This document shows, in pieces, positions 38,275 to 49,229 of a stretch of 64,000 nucleotides of DNA. Source of the stretch: a virus. Position 1 is the stretch's first letter, and each line of letters starts with the position of its first letter. The DNA lies in IMG/VR virus record IMGVR_UViG_3300013137_000010, positions 1-64,000 of that record; one strand, written 5' to 3'. The position numbers and the translations under genes are program-made. The notes beneath the pieces were generated by a model. The model had not been told where the DNA came from, searched no databases, and saw only the letters and a list, made by a program, of their open reading frames with translations.

Positions 38275-39885
38275 TTAATCTTGCTTATCTATGTCTGTAA
38301 TTTGTTTAACACGACCATTATCGTGATCTATCGGACATTTACTTGCGGTGGACAAAATCAAGGTTTTTGTTTTGATCTTACTGAAATTTAAAGAATCTGT
38401 ATAGCCATCAGTAAGAATCACCGTGTTATACATATAGATTTTATTTTTCTTTTCCGCAATAAAATCAAGTCCTGGCATTAGGGAAGTCCCGCCCAATCCC
38501 CTGATCCTCATCTTTTCAAGCTCTTTTTTTTCTTTAATTTTAAGAACCTGCTGAATTTGAGCATCACACTGAATAAGATTAATCTGAATGTCATTCTGGA
38601 AGATATAAGAGAGAACTTTTTCAAAACTTCCCCCCATACTTCCACTAGTATCTAGAAGAACGTTAATTTCATTCTTATATTTTTTGTGACCTTTAAGACC
38701 AGAAATACCTCTACGGTTAGGACGAACGATGGTTTTTTCTTTCTTGGAGCCAAAGATATGATTACTCATAGTTCTTTTAATTTCTTTTAAGTAATCTTTT
38801 TTGGTTTTACGAAGTTTATTAAGAATAGATTCAACATCACCAGAGTTTAAACCTCTATTTTTCAATTTAGTCATTGCATTCTCAACAATTTCTCTTTTTA
38901 ATTCCTGAGGAATTTCATCACCAAGATGTGCATCAAGAGTATTCTGTTCTTCACGTTCTTCACCTTCAAAAATGGTTTCTAACGAATAGCATTCGGCATC
39001 ATTTTTACCATATTTACCATATCTATCATTACCTGAAGTATCTTTCTGACCCTGACGAGATTTATTATTATGATTTTCGTGACCGCAATTTGGACATTTA
39101 TTACTCTGGCTATTATCACCACTTTCACCGCCACTTCCATCATTACCATTTTCATTATTTTCGTTAGATTTTTCTTTTCCTTTTCCTTTTCCTTTCTGAT
39201 CTTTCTGATCTTTCTGTTCTTTACCCTCTCCCTCTCCATTTTCATCACCTGATTTATCTCCAGACTGATCACCTGGCTGATTCATTGGTGAACCACATTT
39301 TGGACATTTGTTCGATTCGTTGCGCATTTTCTGAATAGCTTCTTTATTTTTTTCCTGCCATTCACGTTTCTTATTAACATACCATTCATATAAATCTTCA
39401 AAGATTGCTTCACCTTTGTATTCTTTAGGAATAAATAAGGCACTGTTTCTTTTAAATTCATCTTTAGGAATACTAAGAAATGGCTTAGAACCCTGACCTA
39501 ATCCCTGCTGCTTCATAATTTCATCATAAATAATTTGATTGATAATCATGTCTTGAACAATATTAGCAGAGCGTGCATCATAACCAACACTTCTTTTAAC
39601 ATGATCAAATAGAAGATGAAATTCCTCGTGAATTAAGAGGAAATTAATCTCAGATTGAGGTAATTTGTCAATAAATTTACGATCCCAATAGAAATTCATA
39701 CCTTTTGATGTAACATTAACACCAGCAGTTGGAATATACGGATTATTTTTTGATTCGTAAAAATTGATGAACAAAGCAAATTCACCATAATAAGGTAAAT
39801 TACCAGTCGCCATCATTGCTACTACGGCTTCTGTGAGCTTTTCGTGCATCTGTCCAGGAATCACATGTTTATAGAAATCAACCAT
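38275..39885 (-). CDS. Metallopeptidase-like plus VWA domain protein (DUF2201-type, MoxR partner)
   Basis: LIHEEFHLLFDH; DTSGSM MIDAS, GGT and LTDGY. Confidence 0.85.
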   Translation of the reverse strand: MVDFYKHVIPGQMHEKLTEAVVAMMATGNLPYYGEFALFINFYESKNNPYIPTAGVNVTSKGMNFYWDRKFIDKLPQSEINFLLIHEEFHLLFDHVKRSVGYDARSANIVQDMIINQIIYDEIMKQQGLGQGSKPFLSIPKDEFKRNSALFIPKEYKGEAIFEDLYEWYVNKKREWQEKNKEAIQKMRNESNKCPKCGSPMNQPGDQSGDKSGDENGEGEGKEQKDQKDQKGKGKGKEKSNENNENGNDGSGGESGDNSQSNKCPNCGHENHNNKSRQGQKDTSGNDRYGKYGKNDAECYSLETIFEGEEREEQNTLDAHLGDEIPQELKREIVENAMTKLKNRGLNSGDVESILNKLRKTKKDYLKEIKRTMSNHIFGSKKEKTIVRPNRRGISGLKGHKKYKNEINVLLDTSGSMGGSFEKVLSYIFQNDIQINLIQCDAQIQQVLKIKEKKELEKMRIRGLGGTSLMPGLDFIAEKKNKIYMYNTVILTDGYTDSLNFSKIKTKTLILSTASKCPIDHDNGRVKQITDIDKQD

Positions 39886-39960
39886 CTTGTTATAATTTTA
39901 TTTGATTTGAGTACAAATATACGATTAATAATTAAAATAAAAAAATATTTTCAATATTTT

Positions 39961-40686
39961 TTATGCTGTTTGAATAAGTTTTTTCTTTGACCAATATAAC
40001 GTAATTAGATAACCACCAATCAATCCACCCAAATGTCCAAAGTGTCCGATTCCAAATCCTAATACTGGATCTATCAGAGATAGTATACCAAATATGAGTG
40101 AGAATAATGCAAATCCATAAACCAGACTCTTAACTTTTACAGGTAATACAAAGAAAAGATATACTTTTGTTTCGGGTGAAATAAAAACAAAAGTGGATAA
40201 TAGTCCACATAATGCTCCGGATGCACCAATAGCAGCACCAGTTCCAAATAACATCCAAAGAATACCAGATACTAATCCACTTACAAAGTAAATAAATAGA
40301 AACTTTCTAGTTCCAATAATTTGTTCAAGTGGGTTTCCAAATGACCATAGCATTATCATATTAAATAGTATATGAATAATACCGGCATGAAGGAACATTG
40401 ATGTTAGTGGCTGATAGAAGGCAAAGTTTTCATCTGAGATATTGTAACTAGCAAAGTTAGTTACAATTGAAGGTACTATATAGCTTATAATAAATATAAG
40501 AATATTAGAGAGAATTAAAAATCTAACTGTGTTGGTAGAATTACCAATAGAAGTAACTTTATAAATATCTTCTTTTCTCTTCTGTTTTTTCTTCTGTTTT
40601 TCTCTATATTCTTGAAAGTCTGTAGTATTAAAAATATTTTTTATTTCATCTTTTTTTGACGAAAAATCATAATTTTTATTTTTCAT
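39961..40686 (-). CDS. Rhomboid intramembrane serine protease
   Basis: TSMFLH...HILFNM, GASG and GHLGG. Confidence 0.92.
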   Translation of the reverse strand: MKNKNYDFSSKKDEIKNIFNTTDFQEYREKQKKKQKRKEDIYKVTSIGNSTNTVRFLILSNILIFIISYIVPSIVTNFASYNISDENFAFYQPLTSMFLHAGIIHILFNMIMLWSFGNPLEQIIGTRKFLFIYFVSGLVSGILWMLFGTGAAIGASGALCGLLSTFVFISPETKVYLFFVLPVKVKSLVYGFALFSLIFGILSLIDPVLGFGIGHFGHLGGLIGGYLITLYWSKKKLIQTA

Positions 40687-40741
40687 TTTATTATTTTTTA
40701 ATGTGAATACAAAGATAACGTTAATTTCTCATTTGAGAAAA

Positions 40742-40993
40742 TTAAATATCATTTCTATCAATTATAGTTTTTGCCGAAAATTTATGCATTTTACTTAATT
40801 CTACATGACGCTTTATATACTTCCACTCTTTATTAAGATCTTTTTTACTGCTTTCTTCAAGTTGCTTATCCAAGAGAAGTTCTATAAAAAAATTTACATT
40901 TATAAGATTTTTAAAATGAAGCAAGATAGCATATAAATACCATCTTTGTCTCCATAATTTAACATACCATTTTGAACTTTCGTAAGAGATCAT
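40742..40993 (-). CDS. Hypothetical protein
   Basis: 83-aa ORF overlapping the sigma factor stop. Confidence 0.65.
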   Translation of the reverse strand: MISYESSKWYVKLWRQRWYLYAILLHFKNLINVNFFIELLLDKQLEESSKKDLNKEWKYIKRHVELSKMHKFSAKTIIDRNDI

Positions 40994-41625
40994 ATTTCAT
41001 CTTCGTTACCGTTATGATCTATTTCTTGAAATTTCTTCATTACTTTTTTCTTAATGATATTCCTACCTTTTTTTATCTGAGATTTAATGGTAGAAAGATT
41101 TATATTTAGCTCTTCTGAAATTTCTTTATAGGCCATACCTTCTATTTCTCTCATAATAAGAACTTTCTTATATTTAGAGTCTTTTTCTGATAAATTATAA
41201 ATGGTTTCTTTTATAAGATTTGCTTTTTTTACAAAAATATTATATTCATCATTATTTCTTTTACCATCATCGTATGGTATCAAGTTAGATAACTTGAAAT
41301 TCTCTGCCATCTCTTTATCCAATGAGTTGGTTGGTATTCTTTCACTATCTTTATGTGCCTTTTTCACAATGTTTTCTGCGATCTTATATATCCAAGTGTT
41401 AACCTGTGCACCACCTTCTTCGGGTCTTTTGTATGTGTTAATATTTAACAGGGCTTGGATGAAAGCATCTTCAACATGATCTTCAGCAATTTTCGTATCT
41501 TTAGTATATCTAGCAATATGCCACATTAATTTTGGTTTGTTATTTTTGTAAAAGTTTTGGAAATTCTGACCGGTGCGTTCTTCGAACCTAAGTTCGAGTT
41601 CATTGATTTTATCGTTTTTCTTCAT
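40990..41625 (-). CDS. ECF-type sigma-70 family sigma factor
   Basis: AEDHVEDAF, TWIYKIAEN and region 4 EGMAYKEISEELNINLSTIKSQI. Confidence 0.9.
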   Translation of the reverse strand: MKKNDKINELELRFEERTGQNFQNFYKNNKPKLMWHIARYTKDTKIAEDHVEDAFIQALLNINTYKRPEEGGAQVNTWIYKIAENIVKKAHKDSERIPTNSLDKEMAENFKLSNLIPYDDGKRNNDEYNIFVKKANLIKETIYNLSEKDSKYKKVLIMREIEGMAYKEISEELNINLSTIKSQIKKGRNIIKKKVMKKFQEIDHNGNEDEI

Positions 41626-41726
41626 ACTTGTTATTTGAACTTATATATAGTAAATCTATAACATTTTGTTTATTATTTTTAATTCAAAAAGTTTAAGATT
41701 TTTATTTTTTTTTTTAATGCTTAATA

Positions 41727-41758
41727 CAAAGTTAATGCCCATTTTTTTATTCTCCAAA
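41727..41758 (-). promoter_or_regulatory. Bacteroidota sigma-A type promoter
   Basis: TTTG-N20-TAACTTTG upstream of the sigma factor gene. Confidence 0.7.
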
Positions 41759-41770
41759 TTATTTAAAAGA

Positions 41771-41803
41771 AAAAAAGTACTAATTCTAAAATTAGTACTT
41801 TTT
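41771..41803. terminator. Intrinsic terminator
   Basis: aaaaagtactaatt...aattagtacttttt. Confidence 0.7.
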
Positions 41804-41817
41804 CTGAGAATTTAGTA

Positions 41818-42690
41818 TCATAAACTATCAATAGCTTCTATTACCCTTCTTGATTCTCTTGCGATAATAGAAGTGTCCGAATCTTTGAACAGTTCAATAT
41901 AAGCGCTATAAATAGTTTTGGCATTAATTTCAAAATCATCAATTCTATCGATATTTGATGCTGTCATATTCATGAGAGTACTGTAGTTCTTTTTGAAACC
42001 ATATTCATAATAAAGTTTTTTACCGAGTGCACGAAGTTTAAGTTCCATAGATTTAATTACCTTACCATCTTTATCAAAAAGAAGTGATTTGGCAAAATCA
42101 ATAATAGAGAAATTTTTATTTTTCAAATCTTCAATAGTTTTAATATGAAAATCAATATCCATATTGAAATTGATGAGATTATCAGAAAAAGCCTTAATTT
42201 TATCAGGAAGAGATGCTTTATAATGTTTGTTACTGAAATTGGTGAGAATGGTATAGAACAGAGGTCTTTCACCTTTATTACATCTGATCAAGCCAACATT
42301 CATTGAAAGAGCTTTGGATTTGTCAGTTGAATTAACGATACTAATCATTTTTTCATACCTTTCGTTATCGATATATAATTCATCACCAACAAGCCTAATT
42401 TCCTGTACACCACTAGCAGCCTTGAGTGCATATTTTTCAGGATTGAAATAATTCAGAATTTCAGAAACAATAGTTTTTGAAAAATTTGTAAAATCAAAAT
42501 TATAATAAATTTTAGATACTTCAACTCTGCAAATTTCACGACCATCATAACTAGTTATTAACCAACCGTCTTCAATTTTGTTGGAAAATTTATCAAGATC
42601 TTCGTTAATTTTAACTGAATCAAAAACTTTAGTGATTGCTACTGACCTGTTGTAGAAGTAATTTTTTCTCATAGTTTTATTTTTTATCAT
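41818..42690 (-). CDS. Hypothetical protein (possible DUF932-like)
   Basis: ISIVNSTDKSKALSMNVGLIR resembles the NSxDGS motif of DUF932. Confidence 0.6.
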   Translation of the reverse strand: MIKNKTMRKNYFYNRSVAITKVFDSVKINEDLDKFSNKIEDGWLITSYDGREICRVEVSKIYYNFDFTNFSKTIVSEILNYFNPEKYALKAASGVQEIRLVGDELYIDNERYEKMISIVNSTDKSKALSMNVGLIRCNKGERPLFYTILTNFSNKHYKASLPDKIKAFSDNLINFNMDIDFHIKTIEDLKNKNFSIIDFAKSLLFDKDGKVIKSMELKLRALGKKLYYEYGFKKNYSTLMNMTASNIDRIDDFEINAKTIYSAYIELFKDSDTSIIARESRRVIEAIDSL

Positions 42691-42700
42691 TTTGATAACA

Positions 42701-42731
42701 CAAAGATAACGTTATTTTTTTATCTGGCAAA
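42701..42731 (-). promoter_or_regulatory. Bacteroidota sigma-A type promoter
   Basis: TTTG-N19-TATCTTTG. Confidence 0.75.
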
Positions 42732-42844
42732 ATTTAAATGGTATATCTTGCATGTTTTTTTAACTTTTTTTTTAAAAATAGAATTAATATATAATAGAAG
42801 TAAAAAGAAGCCAGCTAAAAATTGATTTTTTTTACAAAAATATT

Positions 42845-42854
42845 TTAATATATA
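42845..42854 (+). promoter_or_regulatory. Putative phage late promoter TT(A/T)ATATATA
   Basis: 22 nt upstream of the sheath gene; the same motif precedes many structural genes. Confidence 0.6.
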
Positions 42855-42876
42855 CATAAAAAATAATTTTTAAATT

Positions 42877-45800
42877 ATGCCAATTAAAGACAAAGATTTC
42901 GGAAAATACAAAAGGCCAGGTGTTTTCATTAATGAGATTGATGACAGTATTATAGAACTTCCAGTACAGGATGTTCTTATTAATCTTGTCCCAGGGTTTT
43001 CTAAAAAAGGACCTTTTAACGCACCAATTTATGTAACAAATCCAACTGATTTTACTGCTATTTTTGGTGACGATGATAGACGATTAGAAAACAAAGGATC
43101 ATTTTTTCACAAAACAGTAAAACAAATGTTGAAAAGTGGACCAGTTTGGGCACTTAATCTCCTAGCAACCAATCCAAATAGAGATAAGGTTGAATGGCAA
43201 ACTATTTCAGTTTCTTCTCAGTATCAGAATAGTGATGTTAAAAGCTCAGCTTACGAATCATTTTTCAATAGACAAGATTTCTGGGAAAGAGATCCAGATG
43301 CTTTTATGAATGTTGTAAAAGCTAATAACTATGGTGTTCAAGATAATCAAAGACTTTTACATATTACTAACATGGGTGATAAAGATATCACTGTTTTTAT
43401 GTATAAGTCAGATATAACTGGTTTTGACGTAACCGCAGAAGAATGGTACGGTGATAGAACAAAAGTTCCAGCGTATATCGATTATAGAGAATGGATTTCA
43501 GATTATATGGTAACTGTGTTAGTGTTGGCTGGTGATTGGTCAGATTATAGAACCTTATCAAATGATACTACTTATGGTAACTATTTCAATAGAAATGGTT
43601 TAATTAAAACTGAGGTTGATAATTTTATCAATGAGAGAACCGTAACCGTTCTTGCTAAATACGATTGTTCATTAATACCTTATTTCAAAGATTTGAACGA
43701 TAGAGACATGTACATTAAAAATATCGTAAATAATAATACCGATAAAACTGGTTTATTCTGTACCTATAATGAAGACTCATTATTAGAAGCAGATTTCAAA
43801 CTTGGTAACCTTGATATTATTGGTGATGTTTTAGTTGGACAAGATATTAGTAGTATTAAATTTATGTCTTACGAAACTACACTTAAAGAAGAGTTAACAT
43901 ACTCACAAAAATATCTAGATTCAAGCAATAATGTTATTACTAACGATATTAATAGCTATAATCAAGATTATTTAAATAGTGGTGTTAATGATAGATCTGG
44001 TGTATTCACTAATGGACATACATTTGATATATATTTTAATTCTGGCTCAACCGTAACTGGAACGACAACTTGTACAATTGAATTCGCAGACGGTGGAACT
44101 GATACTTATTATGTTATTAATGGTTCCGTTGTTAGTGGATTTACTACCACTTCAATTGAATTAAGTAGTGTAACATATACCGTTGGATCAAGATATGATG
44201 TTTTATATCTTACTAACGATAATTCTGTTAACATACTCTACGGTACATCTTCTAATCTATATACTGGTGCAGTTAAACCAGATTACAATTATAGTTTAGC
44301 AAGTACTATTATATTAGGTTATGTACATCATCTTAAATCAGGTACAACCTATACTCTTGATTATTACCCAGTAACTGTTAATTCAACAGCAGGTTCAGCT
44401 TCATATGTAGCACTTGGTAAAACTACAGGTTACCAAACCACTATAACAGATAGTTATGATACATTAGGAACCTATATGCTTATTGAGTTTCTTGGTACAT
44501 CAGGACAAACAGGTGTATATAACGATTATGAATATCTCAGACTAATGCAAGGTTTTACTGAAATTTATGATAATATCTCAACTCAGAGTGTTATGATTAA
44601 AACAACTGGTGGTACTTTTGATACTGGTGATAAGGTTCCAGTTGTTTCGGTAATTCCAATTGAGGCAACCACAACATCAAACTCAAAAATTAAAATTTAT
44701 TGTGATACTCCATCTTCATGCTATTCAGGAACCTCATTCTTACTTTACTATGTTGATAATGAGTTCTTATTACATGATAGTGTTATAAATACAGATACAT
44801 TATTAACCAGATATGATGTTTTAGGTACAACTACTAAAAATGGTATCGTTGCAACTTATTCACAATTATATCAAGATTATTATAATGGTGTAATTAATAA
44901 CTTGGATTATTTCTATGTAAATAACAATAGCGGAACTACTAATAAGGTATACTTAAAAATGTATCTTGATCAAAACAATCTTCTTACTGTTAACTTCTTA
45001 TCAGCTTTAGATCCAGATGTTGCTTATGAAGTTATCCAGTCAGATTGGTCAGATGTAACCAAATATGATTACGATTTAATCTTACATTCAAATAAATCAA
45101 ACTGGCAACAATCAGTAGAAATTGAAGAATGGTATGGTGATGATCTTACAACTTGTCAACAAATTAAAGTTGATAAAAATAGATACTCAGAAGTTACTAA
45201 GGGTAGTTTCTTAGCTGCTTATTATGATGAATCATATTGGGCTGCACCTAGTGGACCAGGTTATCTTGAAGGATCAGTTCCAAGAAAATTCACTAGAGTA
45301 ATCAAAGTACAAAACGATCCAACCGATGTTAACGCTAAGATCCTTTATGCTGATGCTCCAATTAGAATTGTTGATTATAATATCGTAACTGGTACAACTG
45401 AAGTAGATTATCAAACATTCACATACCCATCAATTGATGTTTATGTTGATGAATATAAAGCTTTGGTAATTTCACCATTCGTTGTTCACACAGATTCAAT
45501 TCCAAACGGTACAGATGAAAGACAAAATTCGATTCTTAATGTTATCGCAAAAGATACAAATCTTGCTAAAGGCTTAGCTGATAAGAATAAAATATCTTGG
45601 AGATACCTTGTAGATTCTTTCGGTTTAGGACTTGTACCTATGGACGGATTCGGTTCAAAACAACAACTTGCTGATATTTGCGGTATGAAAATGAACTGTT
45701 TAGGTTTCATCAATATGCCAAGTGCAAAAATATTCAGAGAGTCAACTAATCCATCGTTTACTAATGATGATGGTACTCTTAATCTTGAATATGTTAAAGA

Positions 45801-46518
45801 TGGTGCCGATGATAGCAAAAACCCAGATTTCTACTATCAATTTGCACAAAAACATGGTGAAATCAATGGTAGTAGCTGTGTTGGATACTTCTTCCCATAT
45901 ATTAAAATATATGACAATGGTATTCCAAAATGGGTTCCACCAGCAATGTTCGCAGCAACAACTTATATGAATAAATTCGTATCTAATGTTGCTGGTATGT
46001 TGCCTTGGACAATTGCAGCAGGTATTACAAACGGTAGAGTTAATAATATAACTAAGACCGAAATGGACTTCACAAATACCGATCTTGAGAACTTACACGC
46101 AATGGGCGCTAACCCAATTGTATATAAGATTAATAACGGTTATTGTATTAATGACGAATCAACCGCTCAAATCTTTCCATATAGTTCACTTAGTTTCATG
46201 CATTCAAGAGAAGTTCTTATCGAACTTGAAAATAGACTGTATGATATGTTATTGAAATATCAATGGAGCTTCAATACACCTGAGATTAGAGCCGAGATTA
46301 AATATCGCGCAGATAAAATCTGTAAAGATATGTTAGATAACGACGCATTCTACGATTTCTGGAACGTTTGCGACGAAACCAATAACACAGATTATGTTAT
46401 TGACCTACAGATGGGTGTGTTGGATACTTACGTGGAAATAATAAAAGGAATGGGTATTATTGTAAATAATATCACAATCTTGAAAAAAGGTGATATTCAA
46501 TCAATGGGATTTAGATAA
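42877..46518 (+). CDS. Contractile tail sheath protein
   Basis: RPGVFINEID, GFSKKGPFNAP; C-terminal WTIAAG...NPI...VCDETNNT. Confidence 0.93.
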   Translation: MPIKDKDFGKYKRPGVFINEIDDSIIELPVQDVLINLVPGFSKKGPFNAPIYVTNPTDFTAIFGDDDRRLENKGSFFHKTVKQMLKSGPVWALNLLATNPNRDKVEWQTISVSSQYQNSDVKSSAYESFFNRQDFWERDPDAFMNVVKANNYGVQDNQRLLHITNMGDKDITVFMYKSDITGFDVTAEEWYGDRTKVPAYIDYREWISDYMVTVLVLAGDWSDYRTLSNDTTYGNYFNRNGLIKTEVDNFINERTVTVLAKYDCSLIPYFKDLNDRDMYIKNIVNNNTDKTGLFCTYNEDSLLEADFKLGNLDIIGDVLVGQDISSIKFMSYETTLKEELTYSQKYLDSSNNVITNDINSYNQDYLNSGVNDRSGVFTNGHTFDIYFNSGSTVTGTTTCTIEFADGGTDTYYVINGSVVSGFTTTSIELSSVTYTVGSRYDVLYLTNDNSVNILYGTSSNLYTGAVKPDYNYSLASTIILGYVHHLKSGTTYTLDYYPVTVNSTAGSASYVALGKTTGYQTTITDSYDTLGTYMLIEFLGTSGQTGVYNDYEYLRLMQGFTEIYDNISTQSVMIKTTGGTFDTGDKVPVVSVIPIEATTTSNSKIKIYCDTPSSCYSGTSFLLYYVDNEFLLHDSVINTDTLLTRYDVLGTTTKNGIVATYSQLYQDYYNGVINNLDYFYVNNNSGTTNKVYLKMYLDQNNLLTVNFLSALDPDVAYEVIQSDWSDVTKYDYDLILHSNKSNWQQSVEIEEWYGDDLTTCQQIKVDKNRYSEVTKGSFLAAYYDESYWAAPSGPGYLEGSVPRKFTRVIKVQNDPTDVNAKILYADAPIRIVDYNIVTGTTEVDYQTFTYPSIDVYVDEYKALVISPFVVHTDSIPNGTDERQNSILNVIAKDTNLAKGLADKNKISWRYLVDSFGLGLVPMDGFGSKQQLADICGMKMNCLGFINMPSAKIFRESTNPSFTNDDGTLNLEYVKDGADDSKNPDFYYQFAQKHGEINGSSCVGYFFPYIKIYDNGIPKWVPPAMFAATTYMNKFVSNVAGMLPWTIAAGITNGRVNNITKTEMDFTNTDLENLHAMGANPIVYKINNGYCINDESTAQIFPYSSLSFMHSREVLIELENRLYDMLLKYQWSFNTPEIRAEIKYRADKICKDMLDNDAFYDFWNVCDETNNTDYVIDLQMGVLDTYVEIIKGMGIIVNNITILKKGDIQSMGFR

Positions 46519-46539
46519 GATCATCTAAATATGGTTAAT

Positions 46540-46570
46540 AAAAAGAGGAAGATTAATCTTCCTCTTTTTT
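46540..46570. terminator. Bidirectional intrinsic terminator
   Basis: aaaaagaggaagat-ta-atcttcctcttttt. Confidence 0.8.
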
Positions 46571-48290
46571 ATTGCTTTTTCCAGATAAATTTAATCTGTC
46601 CTGAATCATATATTCTATAAATTTTTCTTTCCAACATTATTTGATGTTCAGTTTTAGTAGGATCAAAACCATCATTAATAAGTTTATTTTTTCTATATGT
46701 AAAACGATGTTTTCTTATTTTATCCACAATGTAATAATAATTTGGATTTGTAATGTGGGAATAATTAAAATTTAATTTTTTATATAAATTTCCATTTGAG
46801 TAACTTCTATTTGCGTATGTAATAATTTCATTTGGATTATAATTAATTGTAAAATAATTAAATAATTTTGATGCCCCTCCAATAACATTAGTATTTAATT
46901 TATTACAAAATCTACTTAATTCCCATTCATTTTTTATATTTTTATCATTCATCACAATTCTTTTATTTCCAAATGTCATTAAACTAATTAATTCCTCATT
47001 GTAGTATAGACCTAAACCAATTTTATTTGTTATATAACCTTGAATATGATTTTTTTCTAAAAATTCCTTAATTACTTTATTATCTGATATTTCTTTTATT
47101 TTACATTTTCTGGCAAAAATTCTATTAGTTGTTTTATTTAATTTGTTTAATATCATAGATTTAATAATATTTTTTTTATGAATCCAATCATCTTCCCATA
47201 TGTGGATTAGCTGAATATTTTTTTCTACACATAGATTTGTTTTATCTAAATGATAGTTATCGGTTTTATTAATTTCATTGTGCCACCATAAACCATTAAA
47301 TTCAAATGCTAGATTTAAATCGGGTAAATATATATCTAATTCTTTACCAATAATATCTTTATCATTAAACGAAATTATTTTATTATAATTTTCTTGAATA
47401 AATTGTTTCATTTCAATTTCTAATCCAGAGATACCTTTATTAATTGGATTACATTCTGTGCATATTAAAGTGCTGGTTTTTCTTCTAGAATTTAATAAAA
47501 CGTAATCAATATCAAATATATGACCATTATCGCATTTCATTGTATATTTTCTGTTTTTATTGTCAATATTTAATATATTATATTCTTTATAATATTCTTT
47601 AATATTTTTTGCTAATGTTAATAATTGATTTTCTTTTGATTTAATTTTAATTTTTTCATTTTGTAAAGCATGTTCTACACCATATTTTAATAACATAGTT
47701 TCTTTAATTTTATTATTTATTTCTTTGCTTTTTTTTGGATTATCAACGCCATAATTTTTCATTAATGTTTTTATTGATTTTATCCTTATTTCTTCTGATT
47801 TATTTGGATTATCAACGCCATAATTTTGTAATAAGGTATCTTTAGATTTCTTTAGTATATTTTCATTTTGCATTGGACTATTTGAACCATATTTTTTATT
47901 ATTAGTTTTAATAATTTTAGCTTTGATATCACTGTTCATGGCAGGAGCCTTGGTGCCGTATTTTTCATAAGATTTATTTTCTTTAGTTTTTTTGATATTT
48001 GGATCACTACTTATGCAAGCTGTACAACAATATTTATAATATCCCAAAGTTGAATTTTTAAATTTTGTTGTATTATCACAATTTATATTTGCACATTTTA
48101 CAATTTCTTGCAAATTATTAACATAATGATATACTTTTTCTTTAAAAGGCAAATCTGATAAATTATCTTTACAAAATTCAATAATATCATTAAATATATC
48201 AGGATAATTACTTTTTACATACTTTTCAACATACATCCTACCAGATGGTCCATTTTCTTTTTTTATTATTTCTACGAAATTGTTTTTCAT
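46569..48290 (-). CDS. Hef-like free-standing homing endonuclease
   Basis: KYG/NYGVDNP repeats; ELDIY...AFEFNGLWWH...IHIWEDDW; RIFARKC...NHIQG...ELSRFC. Confidence 0.8.
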   Translation of the reverse strand: MKNNFVEIIKKENGPSGRMYVEKYVKSNYPDIFNDIIEFCKDNLSDLPFKEKVYHYVNNLQEIVKCANINCDNTTKFKNSTLGYYKYCCTACISSDPNIKKTKENKSYEKYGTKAPAMNSDIKAKIIKTNNKKYGSNSPMQNENILKKSKDTLLQNYGVDNPNKSEEIRIKSIKTLMKNYGVDNPKKSKEINNKIKETMLLKYGVEHALQNEKIKIKSKENQLLTLAKNIKEYYKEYNILNIDNKNRKYTMKCDNGHIFDIDYVLLNSRRKTSTLICTECNPINKGISGLEIEMKQFIQENYNKIISFNDKDIIGKELDIYLPDLNLAFEFNGLWWHNEINKTDNYHLDKTNLCVEKNIQLIHIWEDDWIHKKNIIKSMILNKLNKTTNRIFARKCKIKEISDNKVIKEFLEKNHIQGYITNKIGLGLYYNEELISLMTFGNKRIVMNDKNIKNEWELSRFCNKLNTNVIGGASKLFNYFTINYNPNEIITYANRSYSNGNLYKKLNFNYSHITNPNYYYIVDKIRKHRFTYRKNKLINDGFDPTKTEHQIMLERKIYRIYDSGQIKFIWKKQ

Positions 48291-48391
48291 TATATGTATC
48301 TTTTATTCCTATATATTAAAATATTTATATCATGTTTATCAACTATACATTAATTTTTTGATATATTTTTTATCAAAAATAATCCAATATT

Positions 48392-49066
48392 ATGCAAATT
48401 GCAATAGAATCCACAGTTGGCGCTGGCAAAACTACACTTGGAAAATTTCTCTCAGAATACACTAATATACAACTTTACGAAGAACTTACCAGTAACGACA
48501 CCTCAGTTTTATTAGATAAATTTTATGCAGATCAAACCCGATGGTCATTCGCACTTCAAATTCACTTTCTAAATGAAAGATTTAGAATGATTAAAGAAAT
48601 TAATAAATTATCAGAAGGCATTCTAGATAGAAGTATATATGGTGATAAAATATTCGCAGAAATGCTTTACGAAGATGAAAAAATGACAAAAGAAGAGTTC
48701 AATACCTATAAAACATTGTTCGATAATATGATACAACATATTAAACCACCTCATCTTATGATATATCTAAAATGCTCAACTGAAACCGCAGTTCAAAGAA
48801 TAGCAACCCGCAATAGAGGTATAGAAACTAGCGTACCTATTAAATATTGGCTAAGATTAAACGATAAATACGAATCATGGTATAATAACTATAACCAATC
48901 TGAAAAAATGAGTTTAGATGTAGATAATTTTAATATTTACGATGATAACCAGCGTAAAGACTTTTTAGATAAGATAGTAAATAAATTAGATAGTTTAAGA
49001 TCACCGGAATATGTTAAAAGAAAGAAATTTGTTCAGGAAATTTCTAAAAATATAAGATCATTTTAA
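48392..49066 (+). CDS. Deoxynucleoside kinase
   Basis: IESTVGAGKTT, LQIHFLNER, LDRSIYGD and RIATRNR. Confidence 0.9.
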   Translation: MQIAIESTVGAGKTTLGKFLSEYTNIQLYEELTSNDTSVLLDKFYADQTRWSFALQIHFLNERFRMIKEINKLSEGILDRSIYGDKIFAEMLYEDEKMTKEEFNTYKTLFDNMIQHIKPPHLMIYLKCSTETAVQRIATRNRGIETSVPIKYWLRLNDKYESWYNNYNQSEKMSLDVDNFNIYDDNQRKDFLDKIVNKLDSLRSPEYVKRKKFVQEISKNIRSF

Positions 49067-49229
49067 AAACTGGTATATATAAATTTTTTTTAATCGTTTT
49101 TTGTATTTTTTGTTAAAAACCTTATTAAATGTGTTAAAATTTAAGAAAAAAAGTTTTTCTTCTTAATTTTCAGAGGGAAAGGATATATTATTTATATATA
49201 TAAAAAAATATAAAAAATAATATAAAAAT

